Origin: Octopus vulgaris
Lineage: Eukaryota
DNA length: 64,000 nucleotides
Assembly: GCA_951406725.2 (NCBI GenBank)
Contig: OX597814.1
Span: forward strand, 19,344,001-19,408,000
Direction: 5' to 3'
This document shows positions 43,779-57,800 of this stretch, piece by piece; positions within the stretch are counted from its first letter, which is position 1, and the number at the start of each line of letters is the position of its first letter. Position numbers and translations under genes: made by a program. The notes under the pieces are model-generated. The model searched no databases. It was not told the origin of the DNA and worked only from the letters and a program-made list of their open reading frames with translations.

Positions 43779-45405
43779 TTAGCTATAAAAACTAATTTTA
43801 CATGCTTAAAGGGAAAATTTGATTTTTGTTTCTAGACAAAGAACAGCTATGGTTATATTTTTTTCATTGAGATCTCATCAGCGTCGTATAGTCATATCAA
43901 TCTTGTCTGATCATTCGGCAAAAATACTTACATATCAAGAAAAAATTACAATTATTTAAAAATTAAAGCAAAAAAACTAATGAGGAGGAAAAACTGAAAT
44001 GCGTCAACGGTATGAATTTAAACAAATAAATTATGAGCTGGATAAAATAGGCTGTATATATATATAAGCAAATCTTAATCAAAATCTCTTTTTAAGTTGG
44101 AGAAAGTCAACTAAAACCTTGTCACAATTTTTAGTGGCCCCAAAAGGGGAGATAATACTCTTACCGTTAATTTGCATTATGAGGGAATATTCTGATTTTT
44201 GATAGCTGACAGAGGAAACTAAGGACAAGTTTCGCTCTATTAGACATCATCAGAGTAGTATGTGTGATTTGTTCGTAACTAAATATTTATACAGATAAAT
44301 ATACTAATACAGAAACCAGTTTTAAATATTTACTCCACTCACTAGACCGGATTATTTTAGTCACTAGCAAAGATATTGACATCTCTCCTGAAATTTATTA
44401 TTTAAATATACAGATAAATATCGTAAGTATTTACTACATTACTTGAGATGTTTAAATTGTAACGTATTGAATGTTCTAGTGTGACGTACGTGTAGTGTGT
44501 ATTTTCTTCTGAGTTTGTCCCACAGTATTACTTAACAACCGGTTTTGAAGTGTAAGTTTTCTCGTCAAAGAACCAATAGACTGAGTACCAGCTTACAATC
44601 AATGTACTAATTATATTTTCTTTATACTTTTAAGTCGATGTTTCTGACTCGCTGAGAGCCAGGCCAGAAGTACTTTTTTTGTACTTATTTTGTCACTCAG
44701 AGAGAACTAGGTTGACATCGGCGGAATTTGAACGGATATAAATAATACAGATAATGTAGGCGTAGGTGAGTGGCAAGTAACTTGCTTCCCAATCACATGA
44801 GTTCAGTCAATGCGTGGCCTCTTAATAAGTGATAACCACGGACCGATTAAACTGAGTGGTTTTCCGACGCAACTGAGTTTGTACAGTAACTTAATAAAAT
44901 TCTTCAGAACCAATAGACTGAGTGCAATGTACTAATTAGTTAAAAATACTATTTAATAGTACTTAGGTGTGTTTACAATATGACCGTTGTCCAATGGCTG
45001 AAACAAATACCTTAAATTGAAATGTTTCACTAGTTTAGGTGACAGATGAAATCTACTGTATGTCAATTACTTAATAGATATTCTCTTTCTTATCGTTGTT
45101 GCAGAGATATATGTCCGTATTATGAAAACAGAAAACCAGTTGTCATGATTCTGCGCTGCATGGAAGTGGGAACTGTCATTTATATAATAGCTGTGGTAAC
45201 GGATTCAGATCATCGGGAGGAGAGAGATATCATCTTTATCTTTCGGCTCATTAACAAGATGTTGCAATCTACATTATTGACAAGAGCTCATCATATATGC
45301 TTATATAAACACTTACCCACATCCACCCAAATATACTCTATTTATATGTAAATATATGTGAATATATATATATACCTGTACATATTTCATATTTATGTGT
45401 ATATA

Positions 45406-45475
<70 letters not shown>

Positions 45476-45635
45476 TGTATGTATGTATGTATGTATGTGA
45501 ATATGCATATATATTTGACTCATATATATTTTACATACAATGATATATACACTTGTATGAACATAGATAGATTGACAATAGGTAGATAGATAGATAGATA
45601 GATCGATCGATCGATCGATAGATAGATAGTTAGAA

Positions 45636-45685
<50 letters not shown>

Positions 45686-45810
45686 TCATATACACATGTA
45701 CATATTAATGTCTGTTTTCCCGAGAAGTTATACATGAACAATTTTATATTAACTGGAAAAACCACTGACTACTGTATCTATGTATGTGTGTATGTATGTA
45801 TGTATATATG

Positions 45811-45889
<79 letters not shown>

Positions 45890-45937
45890 GTTTGTATGCA
45901 TGTATGAATTTATGTGTGTTTATATACATACATACAT

Positions 45938-45975
<38 letters not shown>

Positions 45976-46620
45976 CAGAATTGTGTTAAGTCTTTTTCGA
46001 TTCATAACTACTTTTATAATTCCAAGACATATTCTGATACTGAAAAAAAAAAAATGGAAAGTTTGTTTGCATATTTTATTCGATAATATTCTAAAACATG
46101 CCAAAAGACTTTTAAATAGCTGGCTCCAATAGCCTGGTTTATTTTTACACATGTAAATTCTTTTTTTTTCTTTTTATTTTTTTGGGTACCTGAAGAGAGC
46201 TAGCATCGTTGAATAGTACCAAAATGAAACTATAAAATTCGAAAAACAAAATATATGATATATTCTTATCAACAATGTGAATTTATTCACTCTAATTATC
46301 ACCCTATCTATAAATAAAGTGCAGACTAGTTTTTAAGCACCATTCTACTATACTATACAAAGAAAATTTCACATAATATCTCACTCATTTAATCCTCTAT
46401 TTTTTTCCTTCAAAACAATGTGTAGCCGATAGACTTTAAATGGATATCCAGCTGGCGTTTGTTTTCTAAGCTTAATATTCCTAAATCTAGGAACGGAGAC
46501 GTATGAATCTAGCTTTAAAACTTCTGAAAACGTTTTTGCGCCACCTACATCTTATCCACAACACTTAACACTTGGTTATGATCTGAAGGTTCTGTATTAG
46601 TTTCAGTATAAGAATATTTG

Positions 46621-47016
46621 GTGGAGGCGCAATGGCCCAGTGGCCCACTGGTTAGGGCAGCGGATTCGCGGTCATAGGATCGCGGTTTCGATTCCCAGAC
46701 CGGGCGTTGTGAGTGTTATTGAGCGAAAACACCTAAACCTCCTCGAGGCTCCGGCAGGGGATGGTGGTGATCCCTGCTGTACTCTTTCACCACAACTTTC
46801 TCTCACTCTTACTTCCTGTTTCTGTTATACCTGTATTTCAAAGGGCCGGCCTTGTCACTCTCTGTGTCACGCTGAATATCCCCGAGAACTACGTTAAGGG
46901 TACACGTGTCTGTGGAGTGCTCAGCCACTTACACGTTAATTTCACGAGCAGGCTGTTCCGTTGATTCGGATCAACCGGAACCCTCGTCGTCGTAACCGAC
47001 GGAGTGCTTCCATTCC
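46621..47016 (+). mobile_element. SINE family B, full length with 13-bp TSD
   Basis: TSD ATAAGAATATTTG at 46608-46620 and 47017-47029. Confidence 0.93.
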
Positions 47017-47232
47017 ATAAGAATATTTGACCTGGTTGATATACTCTGAGACTTATTTCATGGTAGATTTTCGTTTCGTCCTCTCCATGTTCATTTTTCC
47101 TATTACGCAAGTGCTGACGTGGTGCCATTGTGCTGATAAAGTACCAGTTATATACTAAACGAATTGAATCACTTCTTTCTCTCCTCAAATATGTTTAGCA
47201 TGTACCAATGTAAGTTATCCTACATTAACATA

Positions 47233-47351
47233 AGCTGTTTCTATCGCAAACTGAAAGCATCGGTTCTTGTCCGATCACCGAAGTTAAGCAACATCGAGTC
47301 TAGTTAGTACTTAGCTGGGTGACCGCTTGGGAAACCTAGGTGCTGTAAGCA
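47233..47351 (+). pseudogene. 5S rRNA pseudogene (first ~18 nt not recognisable)
   Basis: TGAAAGCATCGGTTCTTGTCCGATCACCGAAGTTAAGCAA...GTTAGTACTTAGCTGGGTGACCGCTTGGGAAACCTAGGTGCTGTAAGC matches the metazoan 5S pattern. Solitary copy with an altered box C. Confidence 0.88.
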
Positions 47352-47366
47352 TTCTTCATTTTCATA

Positions 47367-47538
47367 GGCGCCGGAGTGGCTGTGTGGTAAGTAGCTTGCT
47401 TACCAACCACATGGTTCCGTGTTCAGTCACACTGCGTGGCAACTTGGGCAAGTGTCTTCTATTATATACCTCAGGCCGACCAAAGCCTTGTGAGTGGATT
47501 TGGTAGACGGAAATCGAAAGACGCCCGTCGTATATATG

Positions 47539-47614
<76 letters not shown>

Positions 47615-47786
47615 TGTGTGTGTTTGTGTATCTGTGTTTGTCACCCCAACATCACTTGAGAGCCGATGCTGGTGTGTTTACGTTCCCGTAACTTAGCGGT
47701 TCGGCAAAAAGAGACCGAATGAATAAGTACTAGGCTTATCGATTTCCTCAACTAAAGGCGCTGCTCCAGCATGGCCGCAGTCAAAT
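47367..47786 (+). mobile_element. SINE family A
   Basis: Head GGCGCCGGAGTGGCTGTGTGG and internal (TG)n; tail truncated. Confidence 0.9.
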
Positions 47787-47799
47787 CTCCTTTACACCA

Positions 47800-48550
47800 A
47801 CTTACTGTTTTTATTATTTCTCATCTCTACAGTAAGCTCGAACGAAGATCATTTTTGAAAACTGAATTTCCAAATTATCATATAACTCAATCCTCTAGTC
47901 GTATAAAACAGAGAAACCAGTTGTTTTACACTTCATTTTACATATGGAGATAGTCCATTGTCACTCCTATATTCTGCATCCAGATCTGGTTGGTTTATGA
48001 TGTTGGTTAAAAGTGCCACAGAGTCGCCGAGATGTTGACATAATCCTTTTTCTCCTGTGGGTTGGTTTTCCCTTTAACAATTTTGCATTTCATTCGGATT
48101 TGTAGGTTTGTCTTTCATTAAAATATGTACTTCAGATACCTTCCAATTATTGGAGCAGCTTTTCTAATAACCAATGCTTCCAGATTCCAGAGTAAAGATC
48201 AGTGTCAAAACCTTCAAGTCTTCTTTACTTTCTACGGCCTTACTTCTTCACTTACGACTTTATTGATCAACAACTAACCTTTACTTGGGTTTATGCTCTA
48301 ACATGAGACGTTTTAAAGAAATATATATACTTCTCTCTCTGATCTGACTACTGTGACTGCTACATACATTAGTTGATTATATATTCTTATATTTATATTC
48401 ACATCTATTTCCAGTTCCATGTTGACCCAGTTTGCATTCTTTTCCTTGTTTCTTTATAGCTCGGTGATATTGTTGAAATGGGTTCTCATTGGTCCACAGG
48501 ATGATCTATTGATTTTTAACTCTATTTCCAGCTTTAGATTATTGTTGTAT
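47800..48550 (-). pseudogene. Highly decayed non-LTR RT remnant, probably R4/Dong-like
   Basis: Frameshifted pieces LVVD..KVVSEEV, (K)GFDTDLYSGI.EAL (cf. KAFDSVPHSWILEAL) and KGLCQ..GDS.VALLTNIINQ (cf. GIFQGDSLSPL) appear in the right order. Confidence 0.45.
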
Positions 48551-49567
48551 TCAAAATATTCTAACTTTAGAGTTTCCTATCCTTAGATCTTTCTCATATT
48601 CAGTAGTTGCTTCCACATTCAAGTTAGGCTTTTGTTCGTCAAGTGTCTGCTGCGATGCTGGAATTTATTTTGTTATTTCCATAGTTTCGCTTGCAGAAAA
48701 TCTTCGTAATTTTTTCTCAGTATTTTAGACTTTATGTGTATTTTGTGTTTGTATTTCATTCGATTGCTTTATATTTTGTATTTACATTACGTATCCATGC
48801 GTTTAAGAGCACAACCTTTAAGACTGCTATCTTTTGGTTATAAATTTGTGTATTCTTAACTTTGTATTTCGTGATCCGAAGTTACTATCGATCAGGATAA
48901 TTTTTCTCCCTCTATTATCTGTTTATATTTATGCTCGATATTAACTTTGGATCAACACACGAATTTAATCTGTTACTGAAGTACAGCGTTGCGATAATAT
49001 GCAGGTCACCTCTAAGGTATTCAATAAACTTACAACAATATAAATATTGTTGTATGTTTTATTGTGTACCTACACTTGATAATCTTGATGATACGTAAAT
49101 AAAAGGAAAATCTTTTTTACGTATCAAATTCAAAGTACGTCATGTGCTTTTAACCATACTTCGAAATATATTAAGTACAAATGAAAACAGTACTGCTTTC
49201 ATTTGTATTGACTCCCTACAAAGGATATTGCTCCGTTTGTTTTTAATCTGTCTCCAACGAAAGGTTCTGCAGGAAAACAAATGCTTTTCTTTTTCATAGG
49301 GTCTGCTTTTTATTAGCAAATTTAAATGCAACATTTATAGTGTGAACAAGGCGCCCGATGACCAGGTAATATCGTCAAACCGAACGACAGATGAAGAGTA
49401 CTACACAACCACTTAGAACACGATGAACCAGAACAAATATCACGAGGTATCTGGTTCAACGCTCTAACGATTTTGCCTATCCACCGACTTGGACTGATAT
49501 TATATCTTATCGATTCCGAAAAGATGGGAATCAATTCACTTCAGGTGGATTTGAACTCACACACACA

Positions 49568-49631
<64 letters not shown>

Positions 49632-51768
49632 GTGTGTGTGTATTTATATATATATATATACATTATTACACACAAACATATATATATATATATGTGTGTA
49701 TGTATTGTTGTTGTTGAGGCCTATGATATATAAACTAATTTGATAAATATATTTATATATTCATATGTATGTGTGTATACATATATGTATGTATATTATA
49801 TCTTATATATATTATTTTATATTATTTCTCATAGAAGGTATTTACACAACCAAATATTTCTAGATTCTGAAAACTTAGTATACTTATAGACATAGTCAAC
49901 TTATCTTGAGATTCAGTTGTGCATTTCATGTACATTATTGGCAAACGTAAGAATATGTATAGCAATTATGCTATAAAGGCATGTTCTATTATTTCAGTTC
50001 CGTATCTAACTCCGTGCAACCGCTTATATACAATATTATCTCAATTCAACATTTCCCTGTCAACTATTTAAATTCTGTTTTACCATTATTCGTATGAAAA
50101 TGGGTTATTCTACAATTTTCAAACAAATGGCTCGGTAATGTCAGTCGGTAGGAAGACTTCAACTTATCAATGTCTAAGAGAGAGTCATATATCTGTCTGT
50201 AAACGTACATAGATCCGAATGAATCTAAAGATGTTATCTTCTGTTTAAATTATTTGAGTTATTCCTATAAAGAACCAGCTCACTTCTAACAATGAAATTA
50301 GACTCGTTGCTTGAATTTGGATAGCAATTACGATGATACTTACACAGTATACTTTACATCTATAGTGTAAACTGCATAGTTTTACTGTTTGGATTACAGA
50401 TTGTATTTGTATACTGCGTATTAGCTGGTGATTTTCTTTCTACGAAAAATCGAACTTTTCGAGACTGTTACTTAGACATTTACTAACATAGCAAAGTACG
50501 GCAAAAGTTATCGGTTTAAATGTAAGTTTATAATATGTGTAATGCGGTTAAAGGTCTCAAAACTCCAGACAGTAAATTATAATTTTGAGAAAAATGCTCA
50601 CATGTGCTGGGCAGCTGCGCATAGTGACAGAACCTTATCTCTTCTCCAAAACAATATTAAGTTTCTTTTGTCTTTACTTGGAAGTTTTGTTGGGAATCTT
50701 CCACCAATATTCCTTCTGTAGATCCATATGTATGTCTTAAATAAAAGAGATATTTTCTATATTTATCCCTGAGTACTTGTACCTTCGGAGATACGTAACA
50801 TTTTCTTTCACTTCTTCGGGTTTTAGTGCTTCGCAATATATTTTGCTCAGATGATATTTGGTAGATTTCCCAAAAGCGAAAAAGAATCGTTCGAAACGTG
50901 ATGTGTTCCAACGGTCTCGAGAACTACACAAATGACAAATGATTTTAAAAGTTTATGCCATAAATAAACTTTTGGGATATGCATGATGTTTTTCTCCCAA
51001 GTCTGTGGAGATAAGCTGATCGTGCAGATCCTGAGTCGTATGAGAGTTTATCAGAAAGGGAATACTTCTCGAGGAGTTCACTATAGATGCTTATGATGTT
51101 GGACTATTCAGTTTTGCATTCATGTTGATACTGTTTGAGTGATACAACGCAACATTCAAAGGCTGTCTATTCTGATCTTAAAGCACATTCCTCCTTCCTT
51201 TCTCCTTAGATAAAGTCTCTTAATATCACTACTTTTATGTGTGGTACGAAATCATAAATTAGCTAGAAGACAAGACAACTCAATTCAGTCGGGATAAGTA
51301 TTTATTCACCTACAAATGATGAAAAGCGTAAAACCGACCAAGGTAAGAAGTTTCACGATTTCTTTCGATAATGCAAAGGATTTTGTCAGGCAATCAACTC
51401 AAACTGTCGTTTATTGCCTGCAACGAACTGGAAATGTTCAGTGATCCACTAATTATATTTTTCAAATAATAAAGTTTTGATATCATTATTTGCTTCGACG
51501 TTAGTCGCTTCATTTCTTTTATGCTTTCTTGTGGACATGCCCCTTCTCTGTCTGTCTGTCTGTCTGTCTGTCTGCCTGTCTGTCTGACTGTCTGTCTGTC
51601 TGTCTGTCTCTATCTCTCTCTTCACACACATACACGAACATAAAGACACATACATACACGTATACACGCATATATACGTATATATGTACACATATATACA
51701 CATACACATATATACGTATATATGTACACATACACGCATATATACGTATATATGCACTCATACACAAA

Positions 51769-51824
<56 letters not shown>

Positions 51825-52251
51825 CGTACGCGCGCATACACACACATATATACACACGTGCATGTGCTTGTGTTATTTTTAGAAATTTTTTCATTGTTTG
51901 CATCGGAAATAGATAAATATAAAAGTTGTGTTATTTTCTAACCTAAGCCTGTCAAAGTTCACAATGCTTTGTTGTAGCCTAATACTTTTTTTTTACCATT
52001 CCTGTCAAAAATGACAAGGACAAGACAACTAGGATATTCTGTTACGTAAACTGGATCATTAACTTAGCAGGAGACCTTCCATTTGGAGGTTAATTACAAA
52101 CGTTTCTTTCCTTTCTAAATCACCTGGAAAAACAATGATCTATTTTCACTATTTTGTTGTTTTACACTTCCTGGTGAATGTTTTGCATGCGCATGGCTGA
52201 TTTGTCAATGTATGTATGGTGGTGTATGGTTGAATGTGCTTGTGGGCGTTC

Positions 52252-52285
<34 letters not shown>

Positions 52286-53351
52286 TTGTATTTTTGTATC
52301 TGTGTGTATTTGTATGTGTGCTTGTGTATCTGTGTGTGTGTGTGCATGCGCGCGCGTCACTTCTTGTATCATATTGTAGAACGATAGCAAGCCTCTAACG
52401 AATCGATTACGTGATGCTGGTTCGTTCTGCAACGGCGGCATTTAATATACAAATAACTAACAAACAGTTGTCACCTACTTCTAGCACCACTGTGTCTCCC
52501 ACTAAGCTAACTTAGAAGGTTTTTTTTTTAGTTACGATGCCGACATTTTGTTTTTCAATGTGTCGTTCACTTTTTTAAGCTGTCGGGTGCGAATGCGCGT
52601 GGCTTAGTGGTTAGGAGTATCCGGCTTACGATCGTACGGTCATGAGTTCGATTCCCGTTGAGCGACTTGTGTCTTTAAGCAAGATACGTTAAATCGCTTT
52701 GCTCAAGTCCACCCAGCTGACAAAAGTAAGTTGAACAAGTAATTCAAAATTTCGGGCCTTGTGCCTAGAGTAGAAAAGAATATTTAGTTGAAAGTAAAAC
52801 TTAATGAATACTAGCAGTGCACCCTGGCTTTGCCCTGGTGTTATGACCTAAGGCCACGTATTTGTTCCTTTCTTATGAGCAGAATCGACACATGAGGAAA
52901 ATGAGGCAAATATCTCTTCTTTATAAATATGTTTTTCGGTCATTTCCTGATGAACAATGCTACAGTTTCCTTCTACCAAATTCAGTCACAAGTCGGTGGT
53001 TGGCCTAGAGATATAGTAGAAAACACTTGTCCGAGGTACTATGCAGAAGAACTGAACGTGGAACCCTGCAGTTGGGAAGCAAACTTCTCAAGCACACAGT
53101 CGTTCTTGCACCTCATGTGTGTGTGTGTGTGTGTGCGTGTGTGCGTGTTTGTGTATGTGTGCGTGTTTGTGTATGTGTGTGTGTTTACATTTGTTGTCCC
53201 ACTATGTCTCAAAGTTAGCAGTTCGTCAAGCAGATTTCTATGAAATAAATGCTAGACTGAAATACATACTGAGGTCAGTATGAACAATTAAACCTTTGAA
53301 GATGATACCCCATCATCGCGGCAGTCGAAAGACTAAACCCAGTAAAATAAT

Positions 53352-54210
53352 CTTTTCTACTCTTGAAGCAAGGCCCGAAATTTTAGGCGAGGGGGACAGT
53401 GGATTAGATCGATCCAATTCGCAGCTGGTACTTAATTTATCGACCCCGAAAGAATGAAAGGCAAAGTCGACCTCGGCGGAATTTGAACTCAGACTGTAAA
53501 GACAGACGAAATACTGCTAAGTATGTCGTTCAGCGTGCTAGGGCTTCTGCCAGCTCACCGCCTTCTAAACCTAGTAAAATAATTTTTTTTAATTAATGAC
53601 TTGAAATTTAAGGTGATGGATAACTAACCACAAGATAATTAGTTAAAAACTTCATATTGAACTTCCACCGTATACGATAACACTATATGTACATTTCAGT
53701 CTACTTGACTTCTAAGAATTAACAAATGTAATTTGAAGTTGTATGGTTAGCAGTGAGAAAGATGTCCAGATTTCTTTTAAAATTATTGTGCAAAATATTC
53801 ATTTCTTTTCTACTCTAGGCACAAGGCTCGAAATTTGGGGGAAGGGTGGGGGCAGTCGATTAGATCGACCCCAGTTGCGTACTAGTACATAATTTATCGA
53901 CCCAGAAAAGACGAAAGGCAAAGTCGACCTCGGCGGAAATTGAATGCAGAACGTGAAGGCAGACGAAATACCTCTTTCTATTTCTTTACTACCCACAAGG
54001 GGCTAAACACAGAAGGGACAAACAAGGACAGATAAACGGATTAAGTCGATTATATCGACCCCAGTGCGTGACTGGTACTTATTTAATCGACTCCGAAAGA
54101 ATGAAAGGCAAAGTCGACCTCGGCGGAATTTGAACTCAGAATGTAACGGCAGACGAAATACGGCTACGGATTTCGCCCGGCGCACTAACGGTTCTGCCAG
54201 CTCACCGCCT
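53352..54210 (-). mobile_element. SINE family C cluster (53352-53563 and 53800-54210, each with a TSD)
   Basis: Core motif present three times. Flanking duplications AGTAAAATAAT (53341 / 53573) and TTATTGTGCAAAATATT (53783 / 54210). Confidence 0.85.
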
Positions 54211-54869
54211 TATTGTGCAAAATATTTTGAGAAAAAGTTGTTTTTTTTTCACCACAAACACATACACACACAGGTGTCTCTGTGGTAACTTGAGCTACTG
54301 CAAATCGCAGACAAATCTTTCTTTAAACACACCCTTTCATAAAAAGAATGATAAAGAGGACAGTCGATTACATTCACTCCAATACTCATCTGGTACTCAT
54401 TATATCGTCCCCAAGAGAATGGATTTGAATTTAAACTCAGAATCTAAGGACAGACGAAATGCCACTAAATATTTTCCCCGGCGTGTTAACGATTTTGTCA
54501 AGCCGTTGCCTTACGTTGAATTTTAAAATAAACATGCTTTTATACAGAGATGACTTAAAATACGGTTGAGTTGTTACAAAACATTTAGCATTATTGCTTG
54601 TCGAGATTCTGCGAATTTGGCATTTATAAGGAGGTAAGAGATTATAGGTAATTTATTTTTAATCTATATCTTGGTTGCAAATAGATAGCTAAATATTAAA
54701 ATGGAAAGGGAAGGTGCAGATCGATTATAAAGCGCGGAAAATATATATCTAGATTATTTTTAAATAAATCGCCTAAAGGCTTTGTACTTTTAAAGCAGAA
54801 ACGAAAATAATGATCATTATTTACATTATTTACATTCGACGGATATTTGTGCTCATCTTGTTTGTTGTT

Positions 54870-54915
54870 AACACAACGTTTCGGCTGATATACCCTCCAG
54901 GCTTCTTCAGGTGTT
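54870..54915 (-). ncRNA. Minimal type I hammerhead ribozyme motif
   Basis: aacac-CTGAAGAA-gcctg...cagcc-GAAA-cg-TT-gtgtt, with palindromic AACGTT stem III. Confidence 0.78.
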
Positions 54916-55036
54916 ATGGAGAAATTTCGAACCTTGGGCATATGGCGTAGTGGTTAATAAGAGCGCGAGCCACTAACCCCAAGATTCCGACTTCGATTCC
55001 AAGCATTGATCTGATAATAATAATAATAATAATAAT

Positions 55037-55098
<62 letters not shown>

Positions 55099-55156
55099 CA
55101 ACAACAACATCGAAAAATACCTTAGGAATGAGAACCCAGGTTCGAAATTTCCCGAA

Positions 55157-55203
55157 GACACCTGAAGAAGGCTGGAGGGTATAATCAGCCGAAACATTGT
55201 GTT
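55157..55203 (+). ncRNA. Minimal type I hammerhead ribozyme motif (stem III G>A variant)
   Basis: gacac-CTGAAGAA-ggctg...cagcc-GAAA-ca-TT-gtgtt. Confidence 0.72.
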
Positions 55204-55389
55204 AACAACAAACAAGATGAGGACAAATATGCGTCGAATGTAAATAATGTAAATAATGTACATAATTCCTCATCTCTTAAATATAGAACTGAAAACAATG
55301 ATATACGCCTGCCGAATGTCTCAGATTATTATTTAAATCTTACAAATTTTCTCGTATACCCAAGATACAAAAATTAAAAATTTGATTTT

Positions 55390-56560
55390 AAGGTTCTCAA
55401 TAGTCCTTAATTTTTTCATTTAAACACAAGGCCATCAATGTCAAGGTTTTCAATAGTCCTTAATGTTCTCATTTAAACACAAGGCCATCAATTTCAAGGT
55501 TTTCAATAGTCCTTAATTTTCTCATTTAAACACAAGGCCATCAATTTCAAGGTTTTCAATAGTCCTTAATGTTCTCATTTAAACACAAGGCCATCAATTT
55601 CAAGGTTTTCAATAGTCCTTAATTTTCTCATTTAAACACAAAGCCATCAATTTCAAGGTTTTCAATAGTCCTTAATGTTCTCATTTAAACACAAGGCCAT
55701 CAATATCAAGGTTTTCAATAGTCCTTAATTTTCTCATTTAAACACAAGGCCATCAATTTCAAGGTTTTCAATAGTCCTTAATGTTCTCATTTAAACACAA
55801 GGCCATCAATTTCAAGGTTTTCAATAGTCCTTAATGTTCTCATTTAAACACAAGGCCATCAATTTCAAGGTTTTCAATAGTCCTTAATTTTCTCATTTAA
55901 ACACAAGGCCATCAATTTCAAGGTTTTCAATAGTCCTTAATTTTCTCATTTAAACACAAGGCCATCAATTTCAAGGTTTTCAATAGTCCTTAATTTTCTC
56001 ATTTAAACACAAAGCCATCAATTTCAAGGTTTTCAATAGTCCTTTATGTTCTCATTTAAACACAAGGCCATCAATTTCAAGGTTTTCAATAGTCCTTAAT
56101 TTTCTCATTTAAACACAAGGCCATCAGTTTCAAGGTTTTCAATAGTCCTTAATTTTCTCATTTAAACACAAGGCCATCAATTTCAAGGTTTTCAATAGTC
56201 CTTAATTTTCTCATTTAAACACAAGGCCATCAATTTCAAGGTTTTCAATAGTCCTTAATTTTCTCATTTAAACACAAGGCCATCAGTTTCAAGGTTTTCA
56301 ATAGTCCTTAATTTTCTCATTTAAACACAAGGCCATCAATTTCAAGGTTTTCAATAGTCCTTAATTTTCTCATTTAAACACAAGGCCATCAATTTCAAGG
56401 TTTTCAATAGTCCTTAATTTTCTCATTTAAACACAAGGCCATCAATTTCAAGGTTTTCAATAGTCCTTAATTTTCTCATTTAAACACAAGGCCATCAATT
56501 TCAAGGTTTTCAATAGTCTTTAATTTTCTCATTTAAACACAAAGCCATCAATTTCAAGGT
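55390..56560. repeat. 53-bp minisatellite, 22 copies
   Basis: Unit AAGGTTTTCAATAGTCCTTAATTTTCTCATTTAAACACAAGGCCATCAATTTC at 53-bp period (55390, 55443, 55496...56556); no spacers. Confidence 0.96.
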
Positions 56561-56845
56561 AGGATTAAGTGGATCACATTGATCTCAGTGCTTAACTGGC
56601 ATTTAGATTATCGTCCCTGAAAGAATGAAGGCAAAGCAGACCCCCGGTGGAAAGTGATCTCAGAACGTTAACACGGGAGAAACACTCCTAAGGATTTTGC
56701 TGGGCGTGCTAACGACTCTGCCGGCTCGCCTCTTTATTTCCCCCATTTAATTTTGGTTTCACATTTTGGCACAAGGCCAGTAATTTCGAGGGAGGGGTAA
56801 GTCGATTAGTACTCAACTCCACCTCTCTGTCTCTGTCTCTGACTG

Positions 56846-56967
<122 letters not shown>

Positions 56968-56968
56968 G

Positions 56969-57016
<48 letters not shown>

Positions 57017-57017
57017 G

Positions 57018-57136
<119 letters not shown>

Positions 57137-57304
57137 GGGAATTTCATTATATTATATCCTTTCTCTTCGTTTCGTTAACAACCTGTCCCATTTCTCTTTC
57201 TCGTGACTCGCTAAACAGCTTTTGTTTTGTTTTCTCTATATAACTGTTTCTATCAGTTCGCACACACATTTTCACACACACATACATGCACACACGCATG
57301 CACA

Positions 57305-57800
57305 CACACACATTCAAATAGATTCGCGCGTACACACATGCACACACTCAGACAGATACACACTTTGCAAACACAAATTCTAAACACATACCCGCACACA
57401 CGCATACACATACACACATTCAAATAGATTCGCGCGTACAAACATGCACACACTCAGACAGATACACACTTTGCAAACACAAATTCGAAACACACACAAA
57501 CATTCTTATACATTTGCAAACAAAAAATCCAAACACATACACGCACACACACAAACACGCGCGCGCGCGCACACACACACACACACATATTCAAATAGAT
57601 TCGCGCGTACACACATTCATACACTCACACAGATACACACTTTCAAACAGAAACTCCAAATCCATACACACACGCACACACACGCATGCACGCACACACA
57701 AATTCAAATAGATTCGCGCGTACACACACGCGCGTACACATGTATCAAACAGATACACACTTCGCATACACAAAATCTAAACACACACAAACATTCGTAC
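57305..57800. repeat. Degenerate CA-rich tandem repeat, 4 units
   Basis: ATTCAAATAGATTCGCGCGTAC...CAGATACACACTT recurs four times with variable CA spacers. Confidence 0.85.

Larger units (their letters stand above)
54815..55290 (+). mobile_element. tRNA-headed, hammerhead-containing short retroelement with a 5' inverted copy of its 3' end
   Basis: Inverted arm 54815-54934, A-box TGGCGTAGTGG (54943), B-box-like GACTTCGATTCC (54989), (AAT)n, then arm 55138-55258 with a hammerhead. 12-bp TSD GAAAA(T/C)AATGAT at 54803-54814 and 55291-55302. Confidence 0.8.

Noticed and set aside
44218-44260. CTGATGA...GAAA-cttg-TC hammerhead-like core on the minus strand
   Set aside because: Stem I does not pair and stem II is weak.
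45046-45351. 101-aa non-repetitive ORF with an acceptor-like ttgcag
   Set aside because: No recognisable motif and no convincing donor; cannot be supported.
46185-46250. CTGAAGAG possible hammerhead start
   Set aside because: No matching GAAA, stem III and stem I downstream.
50640-51100. Possible RTE LINE C-terminal remnant on the minus strand
   Set aside because: Only vague motif resemblance by eye; too decayed to call without an HMM search.
55390-56560. CRISPR-like regular array
   Set aside because: Units are contiguous and near-identical with no unique spacers; the context is eukaryotic with no cas genes.
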